IMG/VR virus record: IMGVR_UViG_3300042292_001068
From: an uncultured virus (IMG/VR IMGVR_UViG_3300042292_001068)
Taxonomy: Duplodnaviria; Heunggongvirae; Uroviricota; Caudoviricetes
Direction: 5' to 3' (one strand)
Length of the DNA: 64,000 nt
The position numbers and the translations under genes were made by a program. Below are positions 9,738-18,797 of this stretch, piece by piece. How positions within the stretch are numbered: the stretch's first letter is position 1; every line of letters starts with the position of its first letter. A model generated the notes under the pieces. That model did not search any database and was not told the DNA's origin. It saw nothing but the letters and a program-made list of their open reading frames with translations.

Positions 9738-10721
9738 ATGACTAAAACACAGAAAATACTTATTGCTATTGGTGTTGGTGTTGGTGTTGCATATATTTAT
9801 AAGAGGTATTATAAAAAAGGCAAATCAACAACAGGAACAACTGCAACAAGCACGACAAAAGAAGCACAAGGAACATTCACATTACCCGAAGAATCCGTTG
9901 CAGATAATTTAAGCAGAGAGGAAAAGGAAGAATTTATTTTAGATAATGTTTCTGCAAATCCACAAGAAGTATCTTCGGGTTTTGAAGGTACTCGTTTTGT
10001 TTGGAATCCGACATTAGAAAGAATGTACCCTGTTGGAACAATTCAAGAAGGACAAGAACCTACTTTTGGTGAAATATATAATTCAGCAGAAGGTGATGTT
10101 GTTGCCGATATTCCTAAATCAGTAGAAAATGCAGAAGTTTCTTTGAAGGACTTAAATGACCAAGAATTAGAATTGCTTTATCGTATTGCAAAAACAATGC
10201 GTAATTCACCTTCTATTATGTCAGAAGAAGATGCCGTTAAAGAAATGGGTGTAACAAATCCTAACATAATTAAAATTGTTCGTCAAAAGTTAAAAAAACG
10301 ATTGAATGACATCAAGATTATGAAGAAGGATGCTAATTGGAACGCAAAGTGGACTGAACGAAAAGAGAAGCGTAAAAAACGCAGAAATGAGTTCAAAGAA
10401 AGAATGGGTTTTGATAAAGATAGATTTGACAAAGTAATTGCAAAAAAATGTGGTCGTAAACCACGAAAAGGTCAAGTAGCACAATATAAAAAATGTGTGG
10501 AAACTATCGCAGATGCTATGCGTTCAAAAATCAAAAGCGATATTCGTGCAGAAGTTTCAAATGCACCTGTATCTGTAAAAGATGATATTAACAATCGCAG
10601 ACAAAAATCTTTCGCTAAACAAATGACCAATCGTTCAACAGGTGGTATTTATGGTGGCAATAGATGGGATGGTGAATCTAATTCACAAATTGAAAATTTA
10701 GTTGATAAAGGTTTAGTTTAA
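9738..10721 (+). CDS. Signal-anchor membrane protein (SGFEG motif, CGRKP..C motif)
   Basis: N-terminal ILIAIGVGVGVAYIYKRYYKK. Confidence 0.7.
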   Translation: MTKTQKILIAIGVGVGVAYIYKRYYKKGKSTTGTTATSTTKEAQGTFTLPEESVADNLSREEKEEFILDNVSANPQEVSSGFEGTRFVWNPTLERMYPVGTIQEGQEPTFGEIYNSAEGDVVADIPKSVENAEVSLKDLNDQELELLYRIAKTMRNSPSIMSEEDAVKEMGVTNPNIIKIVRQKLKKRLNDIKIMKKDANWNAKWTERKEKRKKRRNEFKERMGFDKDRFDKVIAKKCGRKPRKGQVAQYKKCVETIADAMRSKIKSDIRAEVSNAPVSVKDDINNRRQKSFAKQMTNRSTGGIYGGNRWDGESNSQIENLVDKGLV

Positions 10722-10732
10722 TAATTATAACT

Positions 10733-11059
10733 ATGAAAATAAATGCTAAAACATTTGCAGGAATTGGATTAGGTTTAGTCGCAGGATATTTTTTGTTTAA
10801 AAATAAAGACAAGAAGTTCTTATATATTGGTGGAACAGGGTTAGCAGGTGGAATACTTGCTAACCTTCTTCTTAACCGAGATTCAAAGAAAAAGCAAGTA
10901 ACCTTATCTACTAAAAACTATATTCAAAGTGCAGAGGATGAATTATTGGATGATGAAACAGGTGATGTTTCTATGGTAGAAGTACCTACAATTTATCCAC
11001 TTAATGAACCTACATCTGTATCAGAGAATTTTGACATTGATTTAGGATTGCCACAATAA
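10733..11059 (+). CDS. Two-TM membrane protein with acidic tail
   Basis: Two Gly-rich hydrophobic segments; ends ENFDIDLGLPQ. Confidence 0.7.
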   Translation: MKINAKTFAGIGLGLVAGYFLFKNKDKKFLYIGGTGLAGGILANLLLNRDSKKKQVTLSTKNYIQSAEDELLDDETGDVSMVEVPTIYPLNEPTSVSENFDIDLGLPQ

Positions 11060-11067
11060 TTAAAATT

Positions 11068-11481
11068 ATGAAATTAGACCCATCAAAAACGATACCAACG
11101 GCATCTTCAAAATCTGAAAATTGGATTCAATGGCATAAGGACTTGAAAAAGATTTTTGGAAAAAAGAAAGCCAATTCAATATGGCTCTATGCTTGGGCAA
11201 AAAGAGGTGGAATAAACTCACCTGCCAATACAAGTGGATTAAGAGATTATATGGATGGTCAAGGTGTTGATATTACAACAACTTCTTTGGGTGAATTATC
11301 CGATAGTATTGGAAATGTATTGGATTTTGGTTTTGGTATTGGTAAAGTCATCATAATTGGAAGTATGAGTATTGTAGGTTTAATTTTGATTGGAATTTTA
11401 GTCAAATTATTTAGAAATCCAAATCAGCAATTAAATATAAGTGCATTACCTGTTCCACCACAAATAGGACAACCAAAATAA
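11068..11481 (+). CDS. Hypothetical protein with C-terminal TM
   Basis: VIIIGSMSIVGLILIGILVKLF. Confidence 0.65.
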   Translation: MKLDPSKTIPTASSKSENWIQWHKDLKKIFGKKKANSIWLYAWAKRGGINSPANTSGLRDYMDGQGVDITTTSLGELSDSIGNVLDFGFGIGKVIIIGSMSIVGLILIGILVKLFRNPNQQLNISALPVPPQIGQPK

Positions 11482-11486
11482 TTAAG

Positions 11487-12002
11487 ATGGCAAATACAAA
11501 AGGTAAAATAATTATTGCGAGTGGACTTGTTTTAGTTGCAGGTATTACAACTGCCGTTATTATATCTCATTATCGAAAGAAAAAATACTTGAAACAGATT
11601 TATGATGCAATAAATGACACAACTTCTGAACAAGGACAACAAGCATTATTAACAGAAGAAAATCAATTATTAGGTTCAAATGCTTTCGACCCGAATTTTT
11701 GGAGAAAAACATCGGGAACAAAACCGAATCCAAACCTTTTAATGCCTTCTAAAAATGCAAGGGAAATAGCAACCAAAATATACAATGAAATGGGTGCGAC
11801 AGATGATGAAAAGGCAATAATAAACGAGTTCAAAAAATTAAAAAGTAAAGGGCAAGTTTCACAAGTCGCTTCTGCATATCAAAATACACCTTTAAATTAT
11901 GGAGATATAGGTCGTGATGTAACAGAAGCATTAACAGGTTGGACAGACGATGATACTTATATTACTCAATTAACAACCTACATTAGTAGTTTACCTAATT
12001 AA
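11487..12002 (+). CDS. Signal-anchor protein with an annexin-like repeat
   Basis: N-terminal TM; ATKIYNEMGATDDEKAII...QVSQVASAY resembles the annexin GxGTDE repeat. Confidence 0.5.
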   Translation: MANTKGKIIIASGLVLVAGITTAVIISHYRKKKYLKQIYDAINDTTSEQGQQALLTEENQLLGSNAFDPNFWRKTSGTKPNPNLLMPSKNAREIATKIYNEMGATDDEKAIINEFKKLKSKGQVSQVASAYQNTPLNYGDIGRDVTEALTGWTDDDTYITQLTTYISSLPN

Positions 12003-12003
12003 T

Positions 12004-12723
12004 ATGAATAGAGGACTTAAAATAACATTAATTATAGTTGGTTCACTTGCAGTAGCAGGTGGAGTTACCTTTGCTATTGTAAGAAGTATTCGTAAGAAAA
12101 AAGAGGAAGAAGAAGCACAGAAGAAAGAACTTGAAGAAACTCAACAATTAGAGGAAATTAATACAAATTTAGAGAGCCAACAATCTACACAACAAAGCAA
12201 TAAAGTAATTCCTTTGCGAAATTTAGATAAGGTATTAAATAATACTTTTGCTGAAATTAGAGGGGTTAAATTATATCCTGCAAAAAAATCAAATGACCCT
12301 GCACAAGGGCATCCTTACGCAGAGGGTTTTGCAAATATCCGTGAAACTCCCGAAGTAAATAATGAATCGGCTTGGTATGACCCATTTGATAATCTTTTGG
12401 GTAAAGTAAGTGCAGGTTCAAGTATTGGAACAATATATTCCGAACAATACGATAATATGACACCAAAAATGCGTTGGTTTAAAGTTAAATTAACGAAGAA
12501 AATTGGTGGTGAACAATATGGTTGGGTACGAGGTGATAATGTTACTTTTGTTCCATTCACAAAAAAGAAATCAAGTTTCGAGGGCGACTTCGTACAAAAA
12601 TATAATAATACTTATCAATTAGGTGCAGATGTATTTCCACACTCTAATTGGATGGCAGGTTATACTACTTACGGAAACGATGTAGTTTCTGATTTTGAAG
12701 GTAATTTGGATTTAGATATTTAA
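12004..12723 (+). CDS. Signal-anchor protein with an SH3b-like domain; SSFEG and DFEGNLDLDI tail
   Basis: ANIRETP...WFKVKL...YGWVRGDNV. Confidence 0.55.
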   Translation: MNRGLKITLIIVGSLAVAGGVTFAIVRSIRKKKEEEEAQKKELEETQQLEEINTNLESQQSTQQSNKVIPLRNLDKVLNNTFAEIRGVKLYPAKKSNDPAQGHPYAEGFANIRETPEVNNESAWYDPFDNLLGKVSAGSSIGTIYSEQYDNMTPKMRWFKVKLTKKIGGEQYGWVRGDNVTFVPFTKKKSSFEGDFVQKYNNTYQLGADVFPHSNWMAGYTTYGNDVVSDFEGNLDLDI

Positions 12724-12744
12724 TAAACTACTAAATAAAAAAAA

Positions 12745-13797
12745 ATGGCAGATTTAATTACGCTTCAAGGTACGGCACAACATACAGGAAAAAAAGTTAC
12801 AGGATATAAATTCCCCGACAACTTAAATGACTTAAAATTTCCTTTTAAATTAATTTGGCATCCAAATTACACACCTATTTTGAGAGGTAGCGACAATATT
12901 AGTCAAGTAAATATACCTGCATCAAAAGAAATTGTATTTGTTAAAAAAGAGGGTGAAAAATCAAAACAAAACGAAAAATTAATCACAAAAGAAGGTTATA
13001 TTTTAAATATTTCAAAAGTTGATAAAAGTAAACTTTTAATATCTCCCGATAAAATAATTTCAGATACAATTCCTAATATACCTGTAAGTGTTACAAAAGC
13101 ACCTACATCAACATCAACATCAAATTCTACATTAGAGGAAGATTTAAACAATTCACCACTCGGTAAAACGGCACGAAAAATTCAAATTGGATTTTCAGTA
13201 GTTGGTTGGGGTGTGTTTGGTATTTTGGCTTATAAGTTTTGGAATAAATCAATGACTTGGAAAGTAATGCTTTCTGTTTTTGGTGCGTATAACCTTTATA
13301 ATACATACAAGATATTTAGTAAACCTGCATTAAAAGTTAGTGGTGGTTCTGATTCAAATACAGGAACAGGAACAACCACAGGAACAACAACACCAAAAGT
13401 AACAACAGGAACAACAAATAATTTAACGAAATCTCAAAAAATAGATTTGATAATTAAAAATCAAAGTGGTAGTGAACCTGTGGATGCTGATGAAGTTAAT
13501 AATTCAAAAGCATTTTTAAATACTCTTAATGATGCAGAATTAACTATTTGGATTCCTTTATCGAAAGCATTGAAAGATACAGAAATATCAAAAGCAGGTG
13601 AAAGTGGAGATATGCGACAATTATATGGTTTACTCAAATCAAAATATGGATTAAATCAAAAAGAAGTTGAGGAACAAATGAAAAAAATGGGTGAATTTTT
13701 AATGGGTGGTGTTGAACAAGCATTACAAGAAGGTTTTACTAATCAAAATCAAAGTGCTTTCAGTAATTTTGAAAGTAGTTTAAATTTAGATTTATAA
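12745..13797 (+). CDS. Membrane protein with two central TMs; NFESSLNLDL tail
   Basis: Hydrophobic hairpin at about aa 148-190; T/G-rich linker. Confidence 0.65.
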   Translation: MADLITLQGTAQHTGKKVTGYKFPDNLNDLKFPFKLIWHPNYTPILRGSDNISQVNIPASKEIVFVKKEGEKSKQNEKLITKEGYILNISKVDKSKLLISPDKIISDTIPNIPVSVTKAPTSTSTSNSTLEEDLNNSPLGKTARKIQIGFSVVGWGVFGILAYKFWNKSMTWKVMLSVFGAYNLYNTYKIFSKPALKVSGGSDSNTGTGTTTGTTTPKVTTGTTNNLTKSQKIDLIIKNQSGSEPVDADEVNNSKAFLNTLNDAELTIWIPLSKALKDTEISKAGESGDMRQLYGLLKSKYGLNQKEVEEQMKKMGEFLMGGVEQALQEGFTNQNQSAFSNFESSLNLDL

Positions 13798-13837
13798 TAA
13801 AAAAAAATAGTAAAAAAAAATAGTAAAAAAAAATATT

Positions 13838-14803
13838 ATGGCAACAACAGGAAAAGCAGGAAAAAAAGGTGGTTCAAAAATGATTTGGATTATTGGTGGA
13901 CTAATAGTAATTGCAGGTGGTATTGGTGCATATTTTCTATTAAGAAAACCGAAAGATGAAAGTGCAGGTGATGATAAACCGAAAGATGATGATAAGCCAA
14001 AAGACGATGACAAAAAACCTTCGGGTTCGGGTTCGGGTTCGGGTTCGGGTTCGGGTTCGGGAAGTGTGTCATATACTGCCCCTGCTGAATTAAATACAAC
14101 CGATAAGATTAAAGCGTTCCAAGATTGGATGGATAAAGAAGGTAAAGGTTGGATTAACAAAGATGGTAAATGGGTGCTTTTAAATAAAGGTGCAGGTTAC
14201 GGAACTTATGGTAAAAATACTGATGCAGTTTGGAAAGTATATGGTAAAAATTATTTGGAGAGTGTGAAAGCAGGTACAAACACAAACACGAATACAAATA
14301 CAAATACAAATACACCTACGACTGCACTATCAAAAGATATTAATACAATTATTAAATCTTCAACAGGAACGAAAGCCGATGCAACATATTTATCAAAAGT
14401 AAATGCTGATTTTGTAAGTAAATGGGCAAAAGCCGTAACAAATAAGAAAAGAGCATTTCTTTGGGCAAATCAATTTTACCGAACAAAAACAGGTGATAAA
14501 ATTTTAGAATATAATCCGATTGGAAAAGTATATTATGCTTCAAAAACAGGTGAGTTCGCAAAATATGAAGCAAATAATAAGGCGACTGCGATTAGAATAA
14601 CCAAAGGCACTAAATTAGGAAAAGCAGGTGCAGTAGATTTTGATGGTAAATATGTATTTATTTATTTCCCCGAAAGAGCAGGAAATTCTAAATGGCTTTA
14701 TTCATCTGCAATTACAAGTACAAAGCCATCATCAAGTTTTGATGGAATAACTGATGAAATAGAATTTGCAAACTTTGACAATAACCTTGACTTAAACTTA
14801 TAA
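13838..14803 (+). CDS. Signal-anchor protein with (SG)n and (TN)n linkers; SSFDG and NFDNNLDLNL tail
   Basis: N-terminal TM; IKAFQDW..YGKNT segment resembles a PG-binding domain. Confidence 0.65.
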   Translation: MATTGKAGKKGGSKMIWIIGGLIVIAGGIGAYFLLRKPKDESAGDDKPKDDDKPKDDDKKPSGSGSGSGSGSGSGSVSYTAPAELNTTDKIKAFQDWMDKEGKGWINKDGKWVLLNKGAGYGTYGKNTDAVWKVYGKNYLESVKAGTNTNTNTNTNTNTPTTALSKDINTIIKSSTGTKADATYLSKVNADFVSKWAKAVTNKKRAFLWANQFYRTKTGDKILEYNPIGKVYYASKTGEFAKYEANNKATAIRITKGTKLGKAGAVDFDGKYVFIYFPERAGNSKWLYSSAITSTKPSSSFDGITDEIEFANFDNNLDLNL

Positions 14804-14806
14804 AAA

Positions 14807-15328
14807 ATGGAAAAGAAAACAATTTATTACATAGTCGGTGGTATTGCCGTATTAGGTATCGGATATTATTTGTGGAATAAAAGCAAAAAAACTGCAACAG
14901 AAAAAGAAGCAACGGATGATACTGCTACAAAAGATGTAGAAACGGATGCTACTGCAACTGATAAATCTGCAACTGCAACTGCAACTAAACCTGCTACTGC
15001 TACTGCTACTGCTACTGCTACTCCAAATAAATCTGCAACCACACCTGCACCTAAAAAATTAACTGCACAAGAATTAGAATCTAAATTGCAAAGTGGTTGT
15101 GGTAAAAAACCTAAATTGAAAAAGAATAAAATTAAATATGAACAATGCCGTGCTGATTTGACTGCTAAATTAAAAAGTCAAGGATTGGTAGCATTTGATG
15201 GTTCTTATTATTTTGAGGGAGTAGCAGAGAAATATGCAGAAAATAACATTAGAGAACAATCATTTGCAGAACAAGTTATTAATCGTGAAGATGGTAGAAT
15301 GTTCGCAGGAAGTGTTTATAACGATTAA
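14807..15328 (+). CDS. Signal-anchor protein, T/A-rich stalk, CGKKP..C motif, AFDG/YFEG
   Basis: N-terminal IYYIVGGIAVLGIGYYLW. Confidence 0.7.
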   Translation: MEKKTIYYIVGGIAVLGIGYYLWNKSKKTATEKEATDDTATKDVETDATATDKSATATATKPATATATATATPNKSATTPAPKKLTAQELESKLQSGCGKKPKLKKNKIKYEQCRADLTAKLKSQGLVAFDGSYYFEGVAEKYAENNIREQSFAEQVINREDGRMFAGSVYND

Positions 15329-15350
15329 ATAACAATTAAAAAACGAAATA

Positions 15351-15713
15351 ATGGATAAGAAAAAAATACTTATTATAGTTGGAGTGGTTGCCGTTATTGG
15401 TATCGGTTACTATATGTATAATAAAAGTAAGAAAACTGCCGAAGGTGGTGCAGAAGGTGGTGCAGAAGCACCTGCTGATGCTACAACCAAAAGTGCAGAA
15501 GCACCTGCTGATGCAACTGCACCTACAAAAGCACCTTTGACAAATCGAAAAGAAAAGAAACAAGCGTGTGGTAGAAAACCTTTAAATAAGAAAAAGAAAG
15601 CAGAATGGCAGAAATGTGTTGATGCAGGTGGAACTGCTTCTTTTGAAGGTTCTGATTTTGACCAATGGGAAAATGATTATATGGATTTTAGTGGTTTAAA
15701 TTTAGACCTTTAA
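15351..15713 (+). CDS. Signal-anchor protein, CGRKP..C motif, ASFEG and LNLDL tail
   Basis: N-terminus paralogous to 14807. Confidence 0.7.
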   Translation: MDKKKILIIVGVVAVIGIGYYMYNKSKKTAEGGAEGGAEAPADATTKSAEAPADATAPTKAPLTNRKEKKQACGRKPLNKKKKAEWQKCVDAGGTASFEGSDFDQWENDYMDFSGLNLDL

Positions 15714-15728
15714 TAAAACCAAATAAAA

Positions 15729-15866
15729 ATGGAAAAAAAAGATAACAAAATGCTTTTTATACTTTTGGGTATTGGTTTGGGAATAGGGGTTTATTATTAT
15801 CTATGTAAAAGAAAAAATGAATCATCTACTACAAATAAAAGCGTAGAAGAAACAACTGAACAATAA
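15729..15866 (+). CDS. Small single-TM protein (45 aa, not in ORF track)
   Basis: MEKKDNKMLFILLGIGLGIGVYYYLCKRKNE...; resembles the N-terminus of 15874. Confidence 0.65.
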   Translation: MEKKDNKMLFILLGIGLGIGVYYYLCKRKNESSTTNKSVEETTEQ

Positions 15867-15873
15867 AAAGATT

Positions 15874-16377
15874 ATGAAAAATAAAAATGCTTTATATATA
15901 GTTCTTGGAATTGGTGCAGGTGTTGTTGCTTACTATCTTTTTTGTAAAAAGAAAAATGAAGAAAAGGCAAGTGGTGAACCCGATGCTAAAACAGAAGATA
16001 AACCTACCCCAAGCAAGGCAGTTGCAGGTGGTGGTGGTGTTTTTACACCTGTTATGCCAAAATATGTAACCCCTATTGCAACAACTACACCTTTGGTGGT
16101 AAATGTTACATCAGCACCAAGTACGCCTACACCTACGCCTACACCTACGCCTACGGCAACGGCAGTTACGCCAAGTAAAGTTGATGTTGGACTTGTTTCA
16201 ACGCCTGTTAGTACATCTACAACAAGACCTATTTTATCAAGTGAACTTGTATCAAAACCAATTCCTTTACCTGCACCAACTACAACAACGGCTACTGCTA
16301 CGGAACTTAAACGAAGTAGTTTTGAAGGCGTAGGGCAACAATGTTTTGAGGTAGGAGAATGTTTATACGATTTGTAA
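15874..16377 (+). CDS. Signal-anchor protein with P/T-rich mucin-like stalk; SSFEG near C-terminus
   Basis: TM plus (TP)n; ends RSSFEGVGQQCFEVGECLYDL. Confidence 0.7.
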   Translation: MKNKNALYIVLGIGAGVVAYYLFCKKKNEEKASGEPDAKTEDKPTPSKAVAGGGGVFTPVMPKYVTPIATTTPLVVNVTSAPSTPTPTPTPTPTATAVTPSKVDVGLVSTPVSTSTTRPILSSELVSKPIPLPAPTTTTATATELKRSSFEGVGQQCFEVGECLYDL

Positions 16378-16392
16378 AATAATAAATGAATT

Positions 16393-16659
16393 ATGAATAT
16401 AGCAGAAGCACAAGTTGTTACAAGTGCATTGAGTAACGAAATTGCAATTATTCCACAAGGGGCAAGAACTATTGATATTGTAAATACAGGTGGTTCAGTA
16501 ATTACTTTTTTAGGAAATACGCCACAAGGGGTATTAGCATTAAATTATGTTTCTATTGCGACAAGTGGTGCATATTCATTTGGAGATGTTGGGAAACCAT
16601 ATCCTGCAATTACTATTGATTGCACAGGTAGTAGTGCAGATATAGTAGCAGTTTATTAA
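16393..16659 (+). CDS. Small all-beta protein, possible minor capsid component
   Basis: 88 aa with alternating hydrophobic pattern; located in the structural module. Confidence 0.45.
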   Translation: MNIAEAQVVTSALSNEIAIIPQGARTIDIVNTGGSVITFLGNTPQGVLALNYVSIATSGAYSFGDVGKPYPAITIDCTGSSADIVAVY

Positions 16660-16669
16660 ATAATAAATA

Positions 16670-17368
16670 ATGGCAGGTTCACAACAAGGATGGAGAATAG
16701 CAAAAAGTATTGGTGGTGGTGGAGTTCAAAGCGTTAGTGGACTAAATACCGATAATACAGACCCAATAAACCCTATTGTAAATATTAGTGTTGATGGAAC
16801 TACAATAACAGGTTTAGGAACACCTGCAAGTCCATTACAAGCCAATTATATTCCTGCGACAAATTATGGTTTATATTCACAAACTGATATATCTCCTTTA
16901 ATCGTAAATGATAATACAATAAAAACATTAATCGGTGCAGGTGTAGGAACTCTTTCTGTTCCTGCAAATGGTTTTTCAGTCGGAGATTCTTTTGTTGCAA
17001 GATTAGGTGGCGAAATAAGTAATTTGAATAATACTAATATTACATTTCAAGTTGTTGCAAACGGAGTAATTTTAGTTGATACAGGATTATTACAATTAAA
17101 GATAGGAAATAATCAATTTTGGCAATTAATAGTTTGCTTTACTATTCGTAAAATTGGTGGTGCAGGTGTTGGTTCAATCGTTTCAAATGGTAATTTCACT
17201 CATATAAGGAATAACACATCAGCAGAGATATTTGGTTTCAATACATTGAATGATTTAACATTTAATACAACTATTCCAAACACATTAGATATTACTGCAC
17301 AATGGCAAACGGCAAGTGTATCAAATTCGATTCATACAGATTATTTTGAATTGAATAAAATATATTAA
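16670..17368 (+). CDS. Putative fibre/spike protein
   Basis: GGGVQSVSG...VDGTTITGLGT..SPL fibre-like segment followed by a beta-rich head. Confidence 0.45.
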   Translation: MAGSQQGWRIAKSIGGGGVQSVSGLNTDNTDPINPIVNISVDGTTITGLGTPASPLQANYIPATNYGLYSQTDISPLIVNDNTIKTLIGAGVGTLSVPANGFSVGDSFVARLGGEISNLNNTNITFQVVANGVILVDTGLLQLKIGNNQFWQLIVCFTIRKIGGAGVGSIVSNGNFTHIRNNTSAEIFGFNTLNDLTFNTTIPNTLDITAQWQTASVSNSIHTDYFELNKIY

Positions 17369-17409
17369 ATTTGATTAATAATTGCCGTTAGGCAAAAATA
17401 AATACGGCT

Positions 17410-17925
17410 ATGGTTTTAGATACAAAAGCGAAAATAAAAATTGGATTGGGAGTGTTTGTCATCGGCTTAACTGCCCTTACTATGAATTTTCTATTAAAAA
17501 ATATTAAGAAACTTGTTAATCTTAAATTTGATTATAAAGATACGGATGTAAACAAGATTAATTTCAAAGAGATTTCATTAACTATGAATTGGAAATGTAC
17601 CAATCCAAGTGATTTTAATTTTACAATTAAAAATCAAGTTTACGATGTGTTTCTAAACGACACTTTTATTCGTAAAGTGGGTTCATCGGCAGAAACGGAA
17701 GTATATGGTCGTGGAACTTCTATCGTGCCAACAAATATCTATATTACAACGCAAGAAGTATTGAAATTAGGAACAGACAATTTGGCAGGTTTCTTGACAG
17801 AGGAAGGAAGAAAGAAAACTAAATTAAAAGTTAGTGGAACTTTTGATGTTAAAACACCTGTATTCACTTTGAGAAAACTTCCATTCTTTTTTCAAGACAC
17901 GATTCATAACATAATGAATTATTAA
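17410..17925 (+). CDS. TM plus LEA_2/WHy-like domain protein
   Basis: N-terminal TM; TNPSDFNFTIKNQVYDVFLN pattern. Confidence 0.55.
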   Translation: MVLDTKAKIKIGLGVFVIGLTALTMNFLLKNIKKLVNLKFDYKDTDVNKINFKEISLTMNWKCTNPSDFNFTIKNQVYDVFLNDTFIRKVGSSAETEVYGRGTSIVPTNIYITTQEVLKLGTDNLAGFLTEEGRKKTKLKVSGTFDVKTPVFTLRKLPFFFQDTIHNIMNY

Positions 17926-17957
17926 TCAAAATAATTTGTTTTTATTTTTCAGTTTAC

Positions 17958-17965
17958 TATATTTG
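17958..17965 (+). promoter_or_regulatory. Bacteroidota-type -7 box
   Basis: TATATTTG 25 nt upstream of the ATG at 17991. Confidence 0.5.
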
Positions 17966-17990
17966 TTCTTGTAATTAATAAACGAGCAAA

Positions 17991-18374
17991 ATGGTAAGTG
18001 AAGAAGTCGTTGAGGGTGTAATGCGTTCTGCATTAACTTCAATCAGTAAAAAAGACAAAATATCCCTAAAAGATTTAAGAATTAAAATGGAACTGAATGA
18101 TTCTAAAAATTCAGTTGAGTGTTCTATTTTAGAAGGAAAAGAATATAAAAATGATTTAAGTTGGGCGAGAATACTTGGTATGAAAGTGATATTTGCCAAT
18201 GTAATTATTGATACTATTAAAAATTCATTAATTCGTCTTTCCACAGAAAATCAAATTGAATCCGATGATATTAACGCAAGAATATATGCGATTGATGAAA
18301 ATGGAACACCTAATATCTATATCTATAATGGCAAAAAAGCATTAAGAAAAATAGAATTGTCCGAAATACTTTAA
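17991..18374 (+). CDS. Hypothetical protein
   Basis: ORF with upstream promoter box. Confidence 0.6.
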   Translation: MVSEEVVEGVMRSALTSISKKDKISLKDLRIKMELNDSKNSVECSILEGKEYKNDLSWARILGMKVIFANVIIDTIKNSLIRLSTENQIESDDINARIYAIDENGTPNIYIYNGKKALRKIELSEIL

Positions 18375-18379
18375 TAATA

Positions 18380-18411
18380 AATAGTGAATTAATACCACTA
18401 TTATTTTTTTT
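18380..18411 (+). terminator. Possible intrinsic terminator
   Basis: aatagtg-aattaatac-cactatt followed by a T-run. Confidence 0.35.
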
Positions 18412-18464
18412 ATTGTTGATTTAATCCATATTTTTATATTTTTGTAATATAAAACAAAATTGCT

Positions 18465-18797
18465 ATGGTATTAAGTCAGTTTCTTCCATTTATTATAACT
18501 TTCGTTATTACACTATTTGGCTCATATATAACTATAAGAGTTACTATTGCCGAACTTAAAAAAGACCTTATTTATTTGAGGGATAAATTGGAAACAGAGA
18601 TAACATCAAAAGTCCAAGCCGAAACACAGGCGAAAGATGATATGAAAGAAGTTAAGGATGATTTGAAAATGATTTTTAAGTCAATTAATGAAATTCAAAT
18701 AAACTTTGCTCGTATGGAAGCAAGAAGTGAAGGTAAGGATGAAGTCATTAGCGAATTAAAAAATGCAGTTACAACAATCTTACAACAAAGACAATGA
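18465..18797 (+). CDS. TM plus coiled-coil protein (possible holin/lysis accessory)
   Basis: N-terminal TM; overlaps the endolysin start (ATGA); TATTTTTG box at 18437-18444. Confidence 0.5.
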   Translation: MVLSQFLPFIITFVITLFGSYITIRVTIAELKKDLIYLRDKLETEITSKVQAETQAKDDMKEVKDDLKMIFKSINEIQINFARMEARSEGKDEVISELKNAVTTILQQRQ

